A DNA stretch of 64,000 nt, taken from the NCBI GenBank assembly GCA_963666835.2, contig CAXXGO010000006.1, positions 864,001 to 928,000 of the forward strand, in the 5' to 3' direction. The stretch is from Phycisphaerae bacterium (lineage in GTDB: Bacteria; Planctomycetota; Phycisphaerae; UBA1845). The notes below the pieces were generated by a model, which searched no databases, had not been told where the DNA came from, and saw only the letters and a program-made list of their open reading frames with translations. How positions within the stretch are numbered: position 1 is the first letter of the stretch; each line of letters begins with the position of its first letter. The translations under genes and the position numbers were made by a program. Shown here piece by piece: positions 29,329-40,385 of this stretch.

Positions 29329-32115
29329 TCAGGGCGCGGTGTCGGAACGCGCCGCGACGAGGTCGGCCACCTCGACGGGTCGAGCCGCTTGGGGCACGCC
29401 GTCAAGCAACAGCTCGGACCCCGTTTGAACGACGGTGGTCTGGGCGCAGCCGTCGAAGACGACATCTCGGGCGGTGAGACTCGCCGGGCCGAAGACCGCC
29501 TTCTTCTGGTAAGCGGTAAGTCCGAGACGGGCTCGGCTGATCGCCGCGCCTGAGATTTGCACGACCGACTCGTCCTTGCCGGCCACCCCAATACCGACGT
29601 CCGATGCGGTGAGTGACGTGATTGTGACATGACTCTTCTCGCCGACGGACACGGCCTTGTCGCTGACTCGCTCGGCGATGATCCGATCCGTTCGCACGGT
29701 GCTGCCGGAGAAATCGAGCGCATCACCGCCGATGTCCGCAAACCGGCAGTCCTCAATCACACCGGTAATGTAATCACCGTCGAAAGCGTCGGAGGCGCAC
29801 CGGGAGAATGTACATTGACGAATATCGCTGCGCGCGTGAATGACGTTAAGAGCGTCCTCGCACAGGCTGTCGGTGAAATCCACATGAGCCAGACTCACGG
29901 CACTCTTGTAGAATGTAACACCTCCGGTGAGCAGCCAGCCGCCGCGATGGACTCCGGAAGTGTGGCGGACTACCGCGTGCTCCCAAGTGGACTCGACTGG
30001 GGACTCGGATACCGCTACTCCTCCCCATTTGCCGGATTGTGAGTCGAGTACGATCGGTTCTGCCGCTGTGCCCGTAAGGTGCAGCGGCCCCGTCGAATAC
30101 AGAACGGCCGTCGGTTCAAACCGAAGCGTGGCCCCGGCTGCGATGTCCAGGCTTGCTCCCGCAGGCAGAACCAGGTCGCCCTCGACGTTCCAGTCTCCCG
30201 GTGGGACCCGAAACGCGTTGTCATCGGTGCGTTCGAGGAACGGATGTGAACCGAGAACTTCTTCGGTACTGGGCGGAGGCGGGACCGGGCCTTGCTCGGA
30301 ACGCGGCGGGCGCTTCGGCACCTTCGCCCAGCGATAGTCACCCTGCCCGGGGAAACGCAAGGCCACTTCGATGTCCGGGGTCTTTCCGGATTCGCTCCGC
30401 GGTCCGCTCGGAGCGATGGGCACGCGGAATGACGCCAATACCAGCGAATGGAGTTCGTCTTCGCGGTATCTCATCTCGTCGAGACCCGAGGGTACCATCG
30501 CTACTGAGTGGTCCGGGTTCTCCCAGACGCCGATCTGTCGCCCGCCGACCCACACCCGCGATGCATGGATCAACGGACCGGAGTTTATGCGAAAACCGAC
30601 GATCTCAATCGGCAATACCGTCGTGTTCCGCAAATCCACGGCGAATACCGGATGCTCGAACCCCGCGGTGCGGTCCCGGGTAGCCGAGGCGAGAACCATG
30701 TTGTCCGTATGGATGGTCTCGCGGATATACTGCTGACGCTGAGCGAGTTGTCCCCACGGTGGGGTAAGATCGGATCCGGTCCGGCACTTCGGATCGGACT
30801 CGAACTCCCGTTTCAACGCCAGTTGCAACTGCTCGAACCGTGGTTCCAGCTCCTTACGCAACTGCTCGAGGTAGGTCGGGTCGCTGATCCGCTCGAGTTC
30901 CTCTAAGTACAGCCGGGCGACGGCGGGGTCGCGTAACGGGCCGCTGATAGTGCGATCGTCCAATTGCCCGGGGATCAATACGGCGTCGGAATCCCCCCAC
31001 AGAGGCATGGCATCGAAGCCGATAGGCTCGAGCCTGGCCGTGACCGGGTTGAAATAGAACCGGCTGTTTTGCCAGAGCACGGCATGCCACGCCCGCCACA
31101 GATCGACGATGGCCGTGTAACGTGCCAACTTTCTGGCATCGAAGACCTGATCCGCCGGTCGGCGGCCCTCCTGAAACGCCCGAAGGGCTTCGAAGGCCTC
31201 ATCGCGCTGCGCGCTGAGAATGCCGTCTCTTTTGACTCGGTGAGTATCAAAGGACCTAAGATCCTGAACCTGCCATGCCGACATCCGTGTGGCGATGTCC
31301 CAATCGGACCAGCGCCAACCACGCAGATCGGTCTCGTTGTTCCACCAGACCCAGCGGCGCGAGACTTCGTCGCCACGCCACTCGCCGGAGTCATCGAAGG
31401 CCACAATTACGCCCTCGCGGCGACCGTGGGCTTCGAGCAGCTCCTTGGAGAAATGTTCTTCGAGGGCGTAAATGCCCTTGTCTTCTCCGTTAATAACCAA
31501 GCGAACGAATTGGTAGCGCACCGCGAGTATCCCCTCACGACGTAGGTTCTCCAGGAAGCCCCACTCGTTGAGGTAGAAGCGGGTCATAGGATGCTGGAAG
31601 GACATCGTCCGCATGCCGAACGGGCGATCATCCCCTTTCACTTTCACTCGGAAAGACCATTTGTCCGTGCTCCAATGGGCGGTCCGACCGCCCTTGAGCC
31701 TGATCCGCACGGGAGTCACGCGGCCGTCATGAGTGAGTTGCCCGGGAACGAAATCCTCGTCGGTTTGGCGGAGGAACCCGTCACGCAGAGCGGTCTCGCC
31801 TTGTTCCTTCAGTTTGCGGATGTGCTTCGGTTTGATATCCACGAGGACTACTGGTAGTTGCTCTTCCGCGGCCACTTTCGCGAAGTGTTCGGAGATAAGC
31901 TCGGGCGCGTTAGTTGCGGCCGCTACGGCGGATTTGAGCTTCCCCACCGCAATCCAATCCCAGTGCTGCCACTTAGCGTACGCCCCGGCGAGAAACACCG
32001 CCGTCAGAAGCAGGGCGTGCAACGCCCATCGACGCCATCGCCGGCGGCGGGGCGTGCCCGTCTGGTTCTTCGGGGAGGGCTCCAACTGGCTCTCACGGCT
32101 GGATTCGGCAATCAT
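29329..32115 (-). CDS. CotH-family kinase with C-terminal beta-helix
   Basis: RIRLKG, WSFRVK, GIYALEEHF, NSRFYFNP...EPIGFD; EDALN / SDAFDGD / GDALDFSGS / DKAVSVGE repeats. Confidence 0.82.
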   Translation of the reverse strand: MIAESSRESQLEPSPKNQTGTPRRRRWRRWALHALLLTAVFLAGAYAKWQHWDWIAVGKLKSAVAAATNAPELISEHFAKVAAEEQLPVVLVDIKPKHIRKLKEQGETALRDGFLRQTDEDFVPGQLTHDGRVTPVRIRLKGGRTAHWSTDKWSFRVKVKGDDRPFGMRTMSFQHPMTRFYLNEWGFLENLRREGILAVRYQFVRLVINGEDKGIYALEEHFSKELLEAHGRREGVIVAFDDSGEWRGDEVSRRWVWWNNETDLRGWRWSDWDIATRMSAWQVQDLRSFDTHRVKRDGILSAQRDEAFEALRAFQEGRRPADQVFDARKLARYTAIVDLWRAWHAVLWQNSRFYFNPVTARLEPIGFDAMPLWGDSDAVLIPGQLDDRTISGPLRDPAVARLYLEELERISDPTYLEQLRKELEPRFEQLQLALKREFESDPKCRTGSDLTPPWGQLAQRQQYIRETIHTDNMVLASATRDRTAGFEHPVFAVDLRNTTVLPIEIVGFRINSGPLIHASRVWVGGRQIGVWENPDHSVAMVPSGLDEMRYREDELHSLVLASFRVPIAPSGPRSESGKTPDIEVALRFPGQGDYRWAKVPKRPPRSEQGPVPPPPSTEEVLGSHPFLERTDDNAFRVPPGDWNVEGDLVLPAGASLDIAAGATLRFEPTAVLYSTGPLHLTGTAAEPIVLDSQSGKWGGVAVSESPVESTWEHAVVRHTSGVHRGGWLLTGGVTFYKSAVSLAHVDFTDSLCEDALNVIHARSDIRQCTFSRCASDAFDGDYITGVIEDCRFADIGGDALDFSGSTVRTDRIIAERVSDKAVSVGEKSHVTITSLTASDVGIGVAGKDESVVQISGAAISRARLGLTAYQKKAVFGPASLTARDVVFDGCAQTTVVQTGSELLLDGVPQAARPVEVADLVAARSDTAP

Positions 32116-32287
32116 GGCTGGCCGTCTCTCATTCTCTCTCTGCTAAACCCGGATCCGGTCCCGCCCGGATTGCGGGCGCGGGAGGTCCGAGAACTCTTCA
32201 CCATGATTGAGTTATCGGCACCAACCGCGACGACCTGATCTTCAGTCCGCAGGACTGTTCGATGCCCGTCGAGCAGGGGGCTCGACC

Positions 32288-33406
32288 CTACCGGGTGCTG
32301 CAGCCGGCCCAGTAGTCGAGGTCGTAATGCTCCGGCCGGGCCAGCGGTACCCCTTCAAGGCCGACGGTAACCAGCCGGACGTCCTTGCCTTGCACGTAGA
32401 CATCGATGACGTGGTTCCAAGTGCGTTCGGGGAGATACCCTCGGCAACCGGTGGCGATTAGATGCACGCCGTCGAGTCGGTCGTAGATGATCGGAGCGTT
32501 CTTGCCGACGTCGCCCGCGAACAGATACACCGGCTTGTCGACGGCCAGCTCCCGCAGCAACGGAAAGACAACATCCCAGAAAGGGTGCCGGATGGTCTGT
32601 TGCCGGTCAAGATCACCCGCGGCATCGATCGAGGTCGCGTTGGCGAGCGGGATGACGTTGCGATAGCGTTCGTTGCCCCAGAACCACATCACCCGGTGCA
32701 TGAAGAGAAACACGTGATCGATTGTGTCGTCGGTTTGGGCTTCCCGGAGTGCTTCCATCAGGAAATCGAGCTGGGCACCGTCGAATCCCTGAGGGTAATC
32801 CAATGTGCAAAGCACAATCGCCAGACTGCGTCCGAGGCGGGTCGCGTGATACTCGGGACCGTATCTCGCCCGGTACCATTCCAGGCTTTCTTCGCGGGTC
32901 GGTCTCATCCGAATGTCATGGCCGCCAAGGGCCAACAACACCGGGCCGGAAACCCGCGTCCGCACCGCCGCGTCGTAGAGATCCCAGTTCTCCTCCCCCG
33001 TAGTCGTCTGTATATCGCCCAGGATCGCCAACGCCGTGCTGGCGGTTCTGATGCGCTCCATTCCGGTGACGAATGACCCAATGAACGGATACCGCGGATC
33101 CACCTCGGATCGAAGATGGCCCGCGACCGTGAACCGGTAGTCGTAGTCGGCGGGCGGACGCGATATGTCAGCCGGCGTAACGGGTCGACCTGAGAAGCAC
33201 TCCCAAGATTGATCGTACATCGACTTGGACGGCATAGCGGCAGCCGGGGCGGGACGCGTTACTCCGCGCACGAACTGTCGAAAACGCCAGCTTGCCTGAT
33301 AGAGCAGCAGCGCTCCGAGCACGGTTCCCGCCACGAACAGGACAAGGACGAGCCGCGGCGGGACCCGACAAGCTGATCGACCATGCATGTCCCCTGCAGA
33401 AACCAA
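32288..33406 (-). CDS. Membrane-anchored metallophosphoesterase-fold protein
   Basis: N-terminal TM; VAGHLR, ILGDI, LGGHD, FLFMH, LFAGD. Confidence 0.65.
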   Translation of the reverse strand: MVSAGDMHGRSACRVPPRLVLVLFVAGTVLGALLLYQASWRFRQFVRGVTRPAPAAAMPSKSMYDQSWECFSGRPVTPADISRPPADYDYRFTVAGHLRSEVDPRYPFIGSFVTGMERIRTASTALAILGDIQTTTGEENWDLYDAAVRTRVSGPVLLALGGHDIRMRPTREESLEWYRARYGPEYHATRLGRSLAIVLCTLDYPQGFDGAQLDFLMEALREAQTDDTIDHVFLFMHRVMWFWGNERYRNVIPLANATSIDAAGDLDRQQTIRHPFWDVVFPLLRELAVDKPVYLFAGDVGKNAPIIYDRLDGVHLIATGCRGYLPERTWNHVIDVYVQGKDVRLVTVGLEGVPLARPEHYDLDYWAGCSTR

Positions 33407-33415
33407 AACACTCTC

Positions 33416-35212
33416 CTATTGCTTCGTGCCTCGGTTTTCCGTGTTCTGCCGTAGCGAAGCCTCCGCGTGGCGTTGCGCGTGAAACTCCAGAGGTTGGGCA
33501 TCCGGCGAAAGGACCACCCAGCTCTCGGTCTGGTCCGACGCCCGCCACGCCTCCCAGGCGGTGTCCGTCGTGGCAAAACAGAAGCGACCGAATCGCGAGA
33601 ACTTCTCCCAGCCGAAGGCGGTTACCGTCCCATCCCGCGGCGTATTCTGAAACTCGGCCGGAGACATGCCCGAGAAGACCGTCACATACAGATAAGGAAA
33701 CAAACCCGGGGCGTCGACGAAAATCCGATCATACTGGTCGCCATGATCGCGGGCCCATTGGCCGATGGCGACCAGGTCATTCTGAGCTCGATCTCCGTGC
33801 CAATCGGGCTGCCGCAGATAACGAACGACGTTGAACGTCCCGGCCGCAGCGATGAGCACCGCCACCGCTGCCGTAGCCGCCCAAGCCGCTCGTACGGAGG
33901 ACGTTCCCGCGCCGCCCTGCAGTTTTGCCCATCCACGGCTGAGGATCGTCCCGAACGTCACGGCCCCCAAGGCCGCCAGGATCGGATACAACGCCCAGAC
34001 GCCCGATGCACGCATGGGGTGCGGGTTGAGCCGGCCGACCGCAGCGGGCATCAGGCAGATGAACGTCGCGCCCAGCAGGAGCAACGTTGGAAGGTGTCGC
34101 CGCCACGCTGTCCGCACGAGAGCGACCAGCATTCCGAAATACAGAAACGGCAGCGAGGCCAGACTCAACCGCGCGGCACTCAGGATGCTGTCCTCGCCGA
34201 ACGAGAAGAACAGATGACGCGGGTCCAGGTTCAAACCGGCGTTGAAGATCACCTTCCGGAACCACCAGTGCAGCCCGTTAGTCAGCGGCGGCACCACGTT
34301 GACAGCCCGCGTGAAGAAATGCTCCGGCCGGCTCAGCATGGCGTAAAGCTGCGGAGCGGCGCCGATGCCCACGCAACCCGCGAAGAGGACGAGTACGCCA
34401 CCTGTTTGCCGCCACTTCCCTCGGAGAACGCCTACCTGGCTCACCAGCAGCGTCGCTCCGAAGACCGCGAACAACAAACCGCTGAGCCGCAACGCTCCGT
34501 ACGCACTGGTAGATAGTCCGATTGCCAGCCCGGCCGCCGCAATCCAAACCGGAGCTTTCTCCCGCCTTACAAGAGGTTTGCTCCAGGCGGGCAGGCTGGA
34601 AGCCTGCGCTACTTGCCGCCGCGCGCTGCCGAGGGCATCGAGTGTCTTCAACAGCAGGTAGACGATCAGGACCGCAAAAAGCGGCGGCAGACACCCGCCG
34701 GTGTGAGCCTGCCGCGAGTACAACACGTGGATCGGAGAGAATACGACCAGCAGCAACGCCAACACCGCCCCCCGCGGCCCAAGCAGGCGCCGGGCGACGG
34801 CGAAGACCAGGATCACCGTCAACACGCCGGCGATAGCGGCCGGGAGCCGCCCGCTCCATACGGAGAATCCCCCGATACCGGTGCTCAGAGCCGCGAGGTA
34901 AACGTAAAGACCCGGGTGGTAGTCACCGGGGCCCATTCCGCGAATGATGATCGGCCAGGCCTCACCCGCCCGATCCGCCCCGGTGGTGGCTAGACTGTAA
35001 CCGTCATAGATATCAGAAAGTTCGTCCTGGTGCAGCGGCAACGGATACTGGTCGAGAGCAGCGAATCGCAAGAACGCCCCAACAACGACGATGGCAACGA
35101 TCAGCCCACGATGTGCCCACGTGGTGGATCCGTCCCGAGCACTCGCACCGGGCGAGCGGCCGAGGACGGAATCGCGATGGTCCTGAGTCAGGTTGGCGCT
35201 GTCGCTCGTCAA
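33416..35212 (-). CDS. ArnT/PMT-like (GT-C) membrane glycosyltransferase
   Basis: LRF..L...P..LHQDE, HPGLYVYL, GRLPAA, multiple TM segments. Confidence 0.8.
   Translation of the reverse strand: MTSDSANLTQDHRDSVLGRSPGASARDGSTTWAHRGLIVAIVVVGAFLRFAALDQYPLPLHQDELSDIYDGYSLATTGADRAGEAWPIIIRGMGPGDYHPGLYVYLAALSTGIGGFSVWSGRLPAAIAGVLTVILVFAVARRLLGPRGAVLALLLVVFSPIHVLYSRQAHTGGCLPPLFAVLIVYLLLKTLDALGSARRQVAQASSLPAWSKPLVRREKAPVWIAAAGLAIGLSTSAYGALRLSGLLFAVFGATLLVSQVGVLRGKWRQTGGVLVLFAGCVGIGAAPQLYAMLSRPEHFFTRAVNVVPPLTNGLHWWFRKVIFNAGLNLDPRHLFFSFGEDSILSAARLSLASLPFLYFGMLVALVRTAWRRHLPTLLLLGATFICLMPAAVGRLNPHPMRASGVWALYPILAALGAVTFGTILSRGWAKLQGGAGTSSVRAAWAATAAVAVLIAAAGTFNVVRYLRQPDWHGDRAQNDLVAIGQWARDHGDQYDRIFVDAPGLFPYLYVTVFSGMSPAEFQNTPRDGTVTAFGWEKFSRFGRFCFATTDTAWEAWRASDQTESWVVLSPDAQPLEFHAQRHAEASLRQNTENRGTKQ
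34591..34612 (-). repeat. GTAG-type REP palindrome inside the glycosyltransferase CDS
   Basis: GTAGC-GCAGGCT-TCC-AGCCTGC on the minus strand. Confidence 0.65.
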
Positions 35213-35517
35213 GCGTATTTACCTACCGGCCGGCGCTCGGTCGAAGAGCGACACCCGAACCGGCCTTCGATCCGGGCGCGCACCGTCCGCACAACGTCCA
35301 CGGAAGTTATCGGTCGGTGCGAGCAGTGACTGAAACGCCCCAGGGTGGCTCCGCGGCACTCATCCTGCCCGCCCAGCAATCGAATCGGCCGGGCCGTTTG
35401 CACCGGAAACGCCCGCCGCTCTACAATGCCGCCTCGTTGTACAAAGGTGAGTACCCTGAATGCGGTCTGAATCCCGACGGGCCGCCATCTGCCGCTCGGC
35501 GGCACGGAGGCTAGGCC

Positions 35518-36285
35518 ATGAAACCAGTGATCCTGACTCTTGCTTCTCTCATCGTTGCCGGAACCTGCTTGGGTGGTCAGCCGGCCGACAGCTCCGCGGC
35601 AAAGGTCGACACGATTCTGAGTCAGCTTGAGAAACGCAGCGATGGACTCAAAGACATCCGGTGCAAGGTGGTTTTCGTGGAGGATGACCAGATCAACATG
35701 ACTACCCGTCGGAAGTTCGGGAGTATCCTCTTTCTGATCGCAGAGCCTAATCCGCTGTTTTTGATCCACTTCGAGAAGACCGAGGTGGACGGCATGCTGC
35801 GTCCGCAGGAATGGTATCTGTTCGACGGGCAATGGCTGCACGAGGCGATCGAGCGGATTAAGCAGGTCACCGAGCGGCAGATCGCCCGACCGGGCGAGAA
35901 GATCGATCTGTTTGACCTGGAGACTGCTCCATTCCCCCTGCCTTTCGGCCAGGAGAAGGAGAAGATCCTCAGAAACTTCGAGGTTACGCTGGTCCCGCCG
36001 GCCGAGACGGACCCGGCCAACACCGATCACCTGGTGTGCGTGCCCAAGCCGCAAACTCGCATGCACCGCAAGTACGACAAGATGGAGTTCTTCGTTCGCC
36101 GCGATCTGCACCTTCCCAGCCGGATCGTGGTGACCAAGAACGATGGGGAAGAGGTCAACGCGGCCGACTTCCCCGACCTTAGCGAGAAGTCCCTCAACGC
36201 AGGCGTGCCGGCGGCGGCCTTCAAGCGGCCCTCCGCGTGGAAGAAATACGAGGTTGTCACCGAAGAGGCCGCCTCGACCGATTGA
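35518..36285 (+). CDS. LolA-like periplasmic lipoprotein carrier-fold protein
   Basis: Signal peptide; FDGQWLHE, PFPLPFGQ, LPSRI. Confidence 0.6.
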   Translation: MKPVILTLASLIVAGTCLGGQPADSSAAKVDTILSQLEKRSDGLKDIRCKVVFVEDDQINMTTRRKFGSILFLIAEPNPLFLIHFEKTEVDGMLRPQEWYLFDGQWLHEAIERIKQVTERQIARPGEKIDLFDLETAPFPLPFGQEKEKILRNFEVTLVPPAETDPANTDHLVCVPKPQTRMHRKYDKMEFFVRRDLHLPSRIVVTKNDGEEVNAADFPDLSEKSLNAGVPAAAFKRPSAWKKYEVVTEEAASTD

Positions 36286-36506
36286 GCCGCACTGAGGCAG
36301 GTTCCTCAGCAAGGTGCGGCCGGGGCGTTGCTTCACGACGTGGGTGGATGTACCCTGCTCCGATAGAGTTTTCGATTACTTCCCAGCACTGATAGTGCGG
36401 TTTGCGAGGTCATAGAGGAGTCTCTCACGAGCGGGGATGTTAGATACGGCACTGTCGCGAGTCGCCATCAAACTTGCGCCCGATAATAACACACCGGAGA
36501 TTTCTG

Positions 36507-37616
36507 ATGGATACTATGAAGGCGGTCGTCAAGACTAGACCGGAATTCGGAGCAGAGCTCCAGGACAAGCCCATGCCGAAGCCGGCTCCCGGCTGGTTGA
36601 TCGTCAAGGTGCGGGCCACGAGCATCTGCGGGACCGACGTACACATATACAAATGGGATCCGTGGTCTGACGGGCGGATCGGGGCCAAGGCGCTGCCGCA
36701 GATTCTGGGGCACGAGGTAGCCGGCGAAGTCGTCGAGGTCGGACCGCATTGTCAGCGGATCAAGGTCGGTGATTACATCTCGGCCGAAACCCACATCTAC
36801 GATCCGGGTGACCTGACCAGTATGCTCGGCTCGCTGCATGTGGGCGCTCACATGAAGATCCTCGGCGTCGATTTCGACGGCTGTTTCGCCGAGTACTTTG
36901 CTTTGCCGGAATCGATCTGCTGGCCGAACGACAAGAGCATCCCGCCGGAAGTCGCGGCTATCCAGGAGCCGCTGGGCAACGCCTGCTATGCAGTGCTCGG
37001 AGAGGACGCGGACGTCGCGGGCAAGAGCATGGTCATCACCGGTGACGGACCGATCAGCTTGTTCGCCATCGGCGTCGCCCGAACGGTCGGGGTCGCCAAG
37101 ATCATCCACTTCGGCAAATACGACACTAACATGGAGATCGCCCGCAAGATGGGGGCCGATCTGCAGATGTATACGAACAAGACGAGCGCTCAGGAGCGGC
37201 TCCAGTTCGTGATGGACCACACCGGCGGCAACGGCGTGGACATCGCCCTCGAGATGGTCGGTTCGCAGGACTCGGTGAACGACTGTTTCGCCATGGTTCG
37301 CAAAGCCGGCCGGCTCACCGCGTTCGGGATCGCCGCTGAATCACGTCTGCCGGTGGACTACAACAACGGAATCGTCTTCAAAGGGTGCCAGATTCACGGC
37401 ATTAACGGCCGGAAGATCTTCGACACGTGGTATCGTAACTGCAATCTGCTCGCCGCCGGTCGGCTCGATCCGACTCCGGTGATCACGGACATCTTCACCC
37501 TCGGCGATTTCGAAAAGGGCTTCGGGAAGATGATGGAACGGCCGCGTACGAGTGCGAAGGTCGTGCTGTTCCCCGACGATACGGAATACCAGGCGGCTTT
37601 GAAGCGGCGCGGTTAG
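36507..37616 (+). CDS. tdh: L-threonine 3-dehydrogenase-like MDR dehydrogenase
   Basis: SICGTDVHIY.WD.W, GHEVAG, QEPLGNA, GINGRKIFDTWY; adjacent to kbl. Confidence 0.85.
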   Translation: MDTMKAVVKTRPEFGAELQDKPMPKPAPGWLIVKVRATSICGTDVHIYKWDPWSDGRIGAKALPQILGHEVAGEVVEVGPHCQRIKVGDYISAETHIYDPGDLTSMLGSLHVGAHMKILGVDFDGCFAEYFALPESICWPNDKSIPPEVAAIQEPLGNACYAVLGEDADVAGKSMVITGDGPISLFAIGVARTVGVAKIIHFGKYDTNMEIARKMGADLQMYTNKTSAQERLQFVMDHTGGNGVDIALEMVGSQDSVNDCFAMVRKAGRLTAFGIAAESRLPVDYNNGIVFKGCQIHGINGRKIFDTWYRNCNLLAAGRLDPTPVITDIFTLGDFEKGFGKMMERPRTSAKVVLFPDDTEYQAALKRRG

Positions 37617-37715
37617 AGTAAGGTGAAGTCGTGTCACTCGACGACGGGTGACGATTCAACGTGTTAACAAACGTCGCGGACGGCGACCAGGCTGAAGTTA
37701 ATCGGAGCAACGAAC

Positions 37716-38957
37716 ATGTTTGGCAGGATGAAGGATGATCTCCAGAAGGAGTTGGCCTCGGTACGGGAGGCTGGTCTGTATAAGGAAGAGCGCTACATTC
37801 TAGGCCCGCAGGCGGCGGACATCAGCGTCGAGTATCCCGAAGGTGCTCCGAAGCAGAATGTCATTAACTTCTGTGCGAACAACTACCTCGGCCTTTCTTC
37901 GCACCCGGACGTGGTAGCGGCGGCCAAGGACGCCCTCGAAACCCACGGGTACGGCATGAGCAGCGTGCGGTTCATCTGTGGAACCCAGGACATCCATCGC
38001 CGGCTCGAAAAGCAGATTGCCGAGTTCTTCAAGACCGAAGATACGATCCTCTATTGCGCCTGCTTCGACGCCAACGGCGGTTTGTTCGAGCCGCTATTGG
38101 GCAAAGACGACGCGATCATCACCGACGCACTCAATCACGCGTCGATTATCGACGGAATCCGGCTCTGCAAGGCCACCCGCTACATCTACAAGAACAACGA
38201 CATGGCCGAGCTGGAGGACAAACTGAAGGAGGCCCAGGGGGCCCGCTACCGGATCGTCGCGACCGACGGGGCGTTCTCCATGGACGGGACCGTCGCCCAG
38301 CTCGACAAGATCTGCGACTTGGCCGACAAGTACGATGCTCTGGTCATGGTCGACGATTGCCATTGCACGGGTTTCATGGGTAAGCACGGCCGCGGCTCCA
38401 CCGAATACTGCGGCGTCATGGGCCGCGTCGATATCATCACCGGTACGCTGGGCAAGGCGCTGGGCGGAGCTTCCGGCGGGTTCACAACCGGCCGCAAGGA
38501 GATTGTGGAACTGCTGCGGCAGCGCAGTCGCCCGTATCTGTTCAGCAATACGGTCTCGCCGATCGTGGTGAAGGCGTCGATCACGGTGTTCAACATGCTC
38601 ACCAAGTCGACCGAACTGCGGGATAAGGTCATCGCCAACACGATGCGTTTCCGCGAGGGAATGACCGCGGCCGGCTTCGACATCAAGCCGGGCGATCACC
38701 CCATCGTCCCGATCATGCTCTACAATGCGAAGCTCAGTCAGGATATCGCCCGCGACATGTACGCCGAGGGCATCTTCGTAATCGGCTTCTTCTACCCGGT
38801 GGTCGGCAAGGGCTTGGCCCGCATTCGCTGCCAGATGTCCGCGGCTCATGATACCGCCCACGTCGACAAGGCCATCGCGGCCTTCACCAAGGTGGGCAAG
38901 AAGTACGACATCCTCGGCAAGACCAAAGAGGAGATCATCGCCAAGTACGGTGAGTAA
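37716..38957 (+). CDS. kbl: Glycine C-acetyltransferase (2-amino-3-ketobutyrate CoA ligase)
   Basis: [46 protein letters not shown]. Confidence 0.96.
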   Translation: MFGRMKDDLQKELASVREAGLYKEERYILGPQAADISVEYPEGAPKQNVINFCANNYLGLSSHPDVVAAAKDALETHGYGMSSVRFICGTQDIHRRLEKQIAEFFKTEDTILYCACFDANGGLFEPLLGKDDAIITDALNHASIIDGIRLCKATRYIYKNNDMAELEDKLKEAQGARYRIVATDGAFSMDGTVAQLDKICDLADKYDALVMVDDCHCTGFMGKHGRGSTEYCGVMGRVDIITGTLGKALGGASGGFTTGRKEIVELLRQRSRPYLFSNTVSPIVVKASITVFNMLTKSTELRDKVIANTMRFREGMTAAGFDIKPGDHPIVPIMLYNAKLSQDIARDMYAEGIFVIGFFYPVVGKGLARIRCQMSAAHDTAHVDKAIAAFTKVGKKYDILGKTKEEIIAKYGE

Positions 38958-38994
38958 GGCCGGTAGGGTCCGCTTTGCGGACCATCAGACTTGA

Positions 38995-39025
38995 CGTAGG
39001 GCACGGTCGAGGTACGAGACCTGCC
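38995..39025 (+). repeat. REP copy, same family as 8937/9129, in opposite orientation
   Basis: CGTAGGGCACGGTCGAGGTACGAGACCTGCC; followed by palindrome CATGGCCCACGCTTGCGTGGCCATG. Confidence 0.8.
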
Positions 39026-39131
39026 GGGTGCCGGGTGCCGGGTGCCATGGCCCACGCTTGCGTGGCCATGAGGCGGATGCAGTCTGCACAGCCAACACGG
39101 CAGATGACTCTTACAAGGCGCTCGCGGACAG

Positions 39132-40385
39132 ATGTTCAGATTCGTTCATGCCGCCGACCTGCATTTGGATAGCCCGTTCAAGGGAATCACTGCCGAATCC
39201 GAAACCGTCGCTCAGGCGTTACGCTCGGCCACGTTTGAAGCGTTCGACGCCTTGATCGAGTTATGCATCGAGCGCGAAGTCGCTTTCCTACTGATTGCCG
39301 GCGATGTGTACGATGGAGCCGATCGCAGCCTGCGCGCGCAGCTCCGCTTTCGCGACGGCTTGGATGAACTCGCCCGCCACGGCGTCCGTGTGTTTGTCGT
39401 TCACGGTAACCACGACCCGCTGGATGGTTGGGCCTCGGCGATCAACTGGCCCGACGGCGTCCACATCTTCGGCGGGGACGAGGTCGAGACCGTCGAGGTC
39501 GAAGTGCTCGGCAAGGCAATCGCGGCCGTCTCCGGGATCAGCTACAGGAATCGGCGCGAAGACCGCAAGCTCTTTCAGCATTTCGAGGCCACCCGGCCGG
39601 AGCTGTTTCAGATCGGGCTCCTTCACTGCAACTGCGGCGGCAACACGGCCCATGAGGACTATGTCCCCTGCCTGCCGGAGGATCTCACTCAAGTCGGTTT
39701 GGATTACTGGGCGCTGGGGCACGTTCACACTCGGGCGGTGGTAAGCGAAGACCCGTGGATTGTCTATCCCGGAAATCCGCAAGGGCGCAGTATTCGTGAG
39801 ACCGATCAGCGCGGGGCTTTCCTGGTTACGGTGGACGACGGGGGCAAGGTCGACCTGGAATTCTGTCCACTTAACGCCGTGCAATGGCTGGCCGACGAGG
39901 TTTCGATTGACAATCACACCACTATCGACGCTATCGATCGGGCGTTGTCGACCAAGGTGGAGGAACTGCGGGAGAAAGGTGGCGGTCGCCCGGTTGTGTG
40001 CCGACTCTCCTTGACCGGTCGCGGCGTGTTGTATCCCGAACTGCTTCGCAACGACGGCATCGGCGACTTGCTAATCCGGGCACAAGAAAGTGGGCTCACT
40101 GACGACCCGTTCGTGTGGGTGCAGGAGATCGAAATGGCGGCCCGCCCGAACGTGGACTTGGCCAGGCTCCGCGACGAACGCGACTTGTTGGGGCAGGCGC
40201 TTTCGATCGCGGAGGAACTCGGGCGGACTCCGACCTTCTCTAAGGAACTGCACCCTGCAATCGCTCCGCTCTTTGAGGATTCGCGGACCAGAAAGGTGTT
40301 GGATCCGCTCTCGCCCGACGAGCTTCACCGGTTGCTGGCCGATGCGGAGCTGCTTTGTGTTGACCTGCTGGCGAGAGACGAATGA
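39132..40385 (+). CDS. SbcD/Mre11-like DNA repair nuclease (YhaO-type)
   Basis: HAADLHLD, AGDVYD, GNHD, WALGHVH, YPGNPQGR. Confidence 0.9.
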   Translation: MFRFVHAADLHLDSPFKGITAESETVAQALRSATFEAFDALIELCIEREVAFLLIAGDVYDGADRSLRAQLRFRDGLDELARHGVRVFVVHGNHDPLDGWASAINWPDGVHIFGGDEVETVEVEVLGKAIAAVSGISYRNRREDRKLFQHFEATRPELFQIGLLHCNCGGNTAHEDYVPCLPEDLTQVGLDYWALGHVHTRAVVSEDPWIVYPGNPQGRSIRETDQRGAFLVTVDDGGKVDLEFCPLNAVQWLADEVSIDNHTTIDAIDRALSTKVEELREKGGGRPVVCRLSLTGRGVLYPELLRNDGIGDLLIRAQESGLTDDPFVWVQEIEMAARPNVDLARLRDERDLLGQALSIAEELGRTPTFSKELHPAIAPLFEDSRTRKVLDPLSPDELHRLLADAELLCVDLLARDE

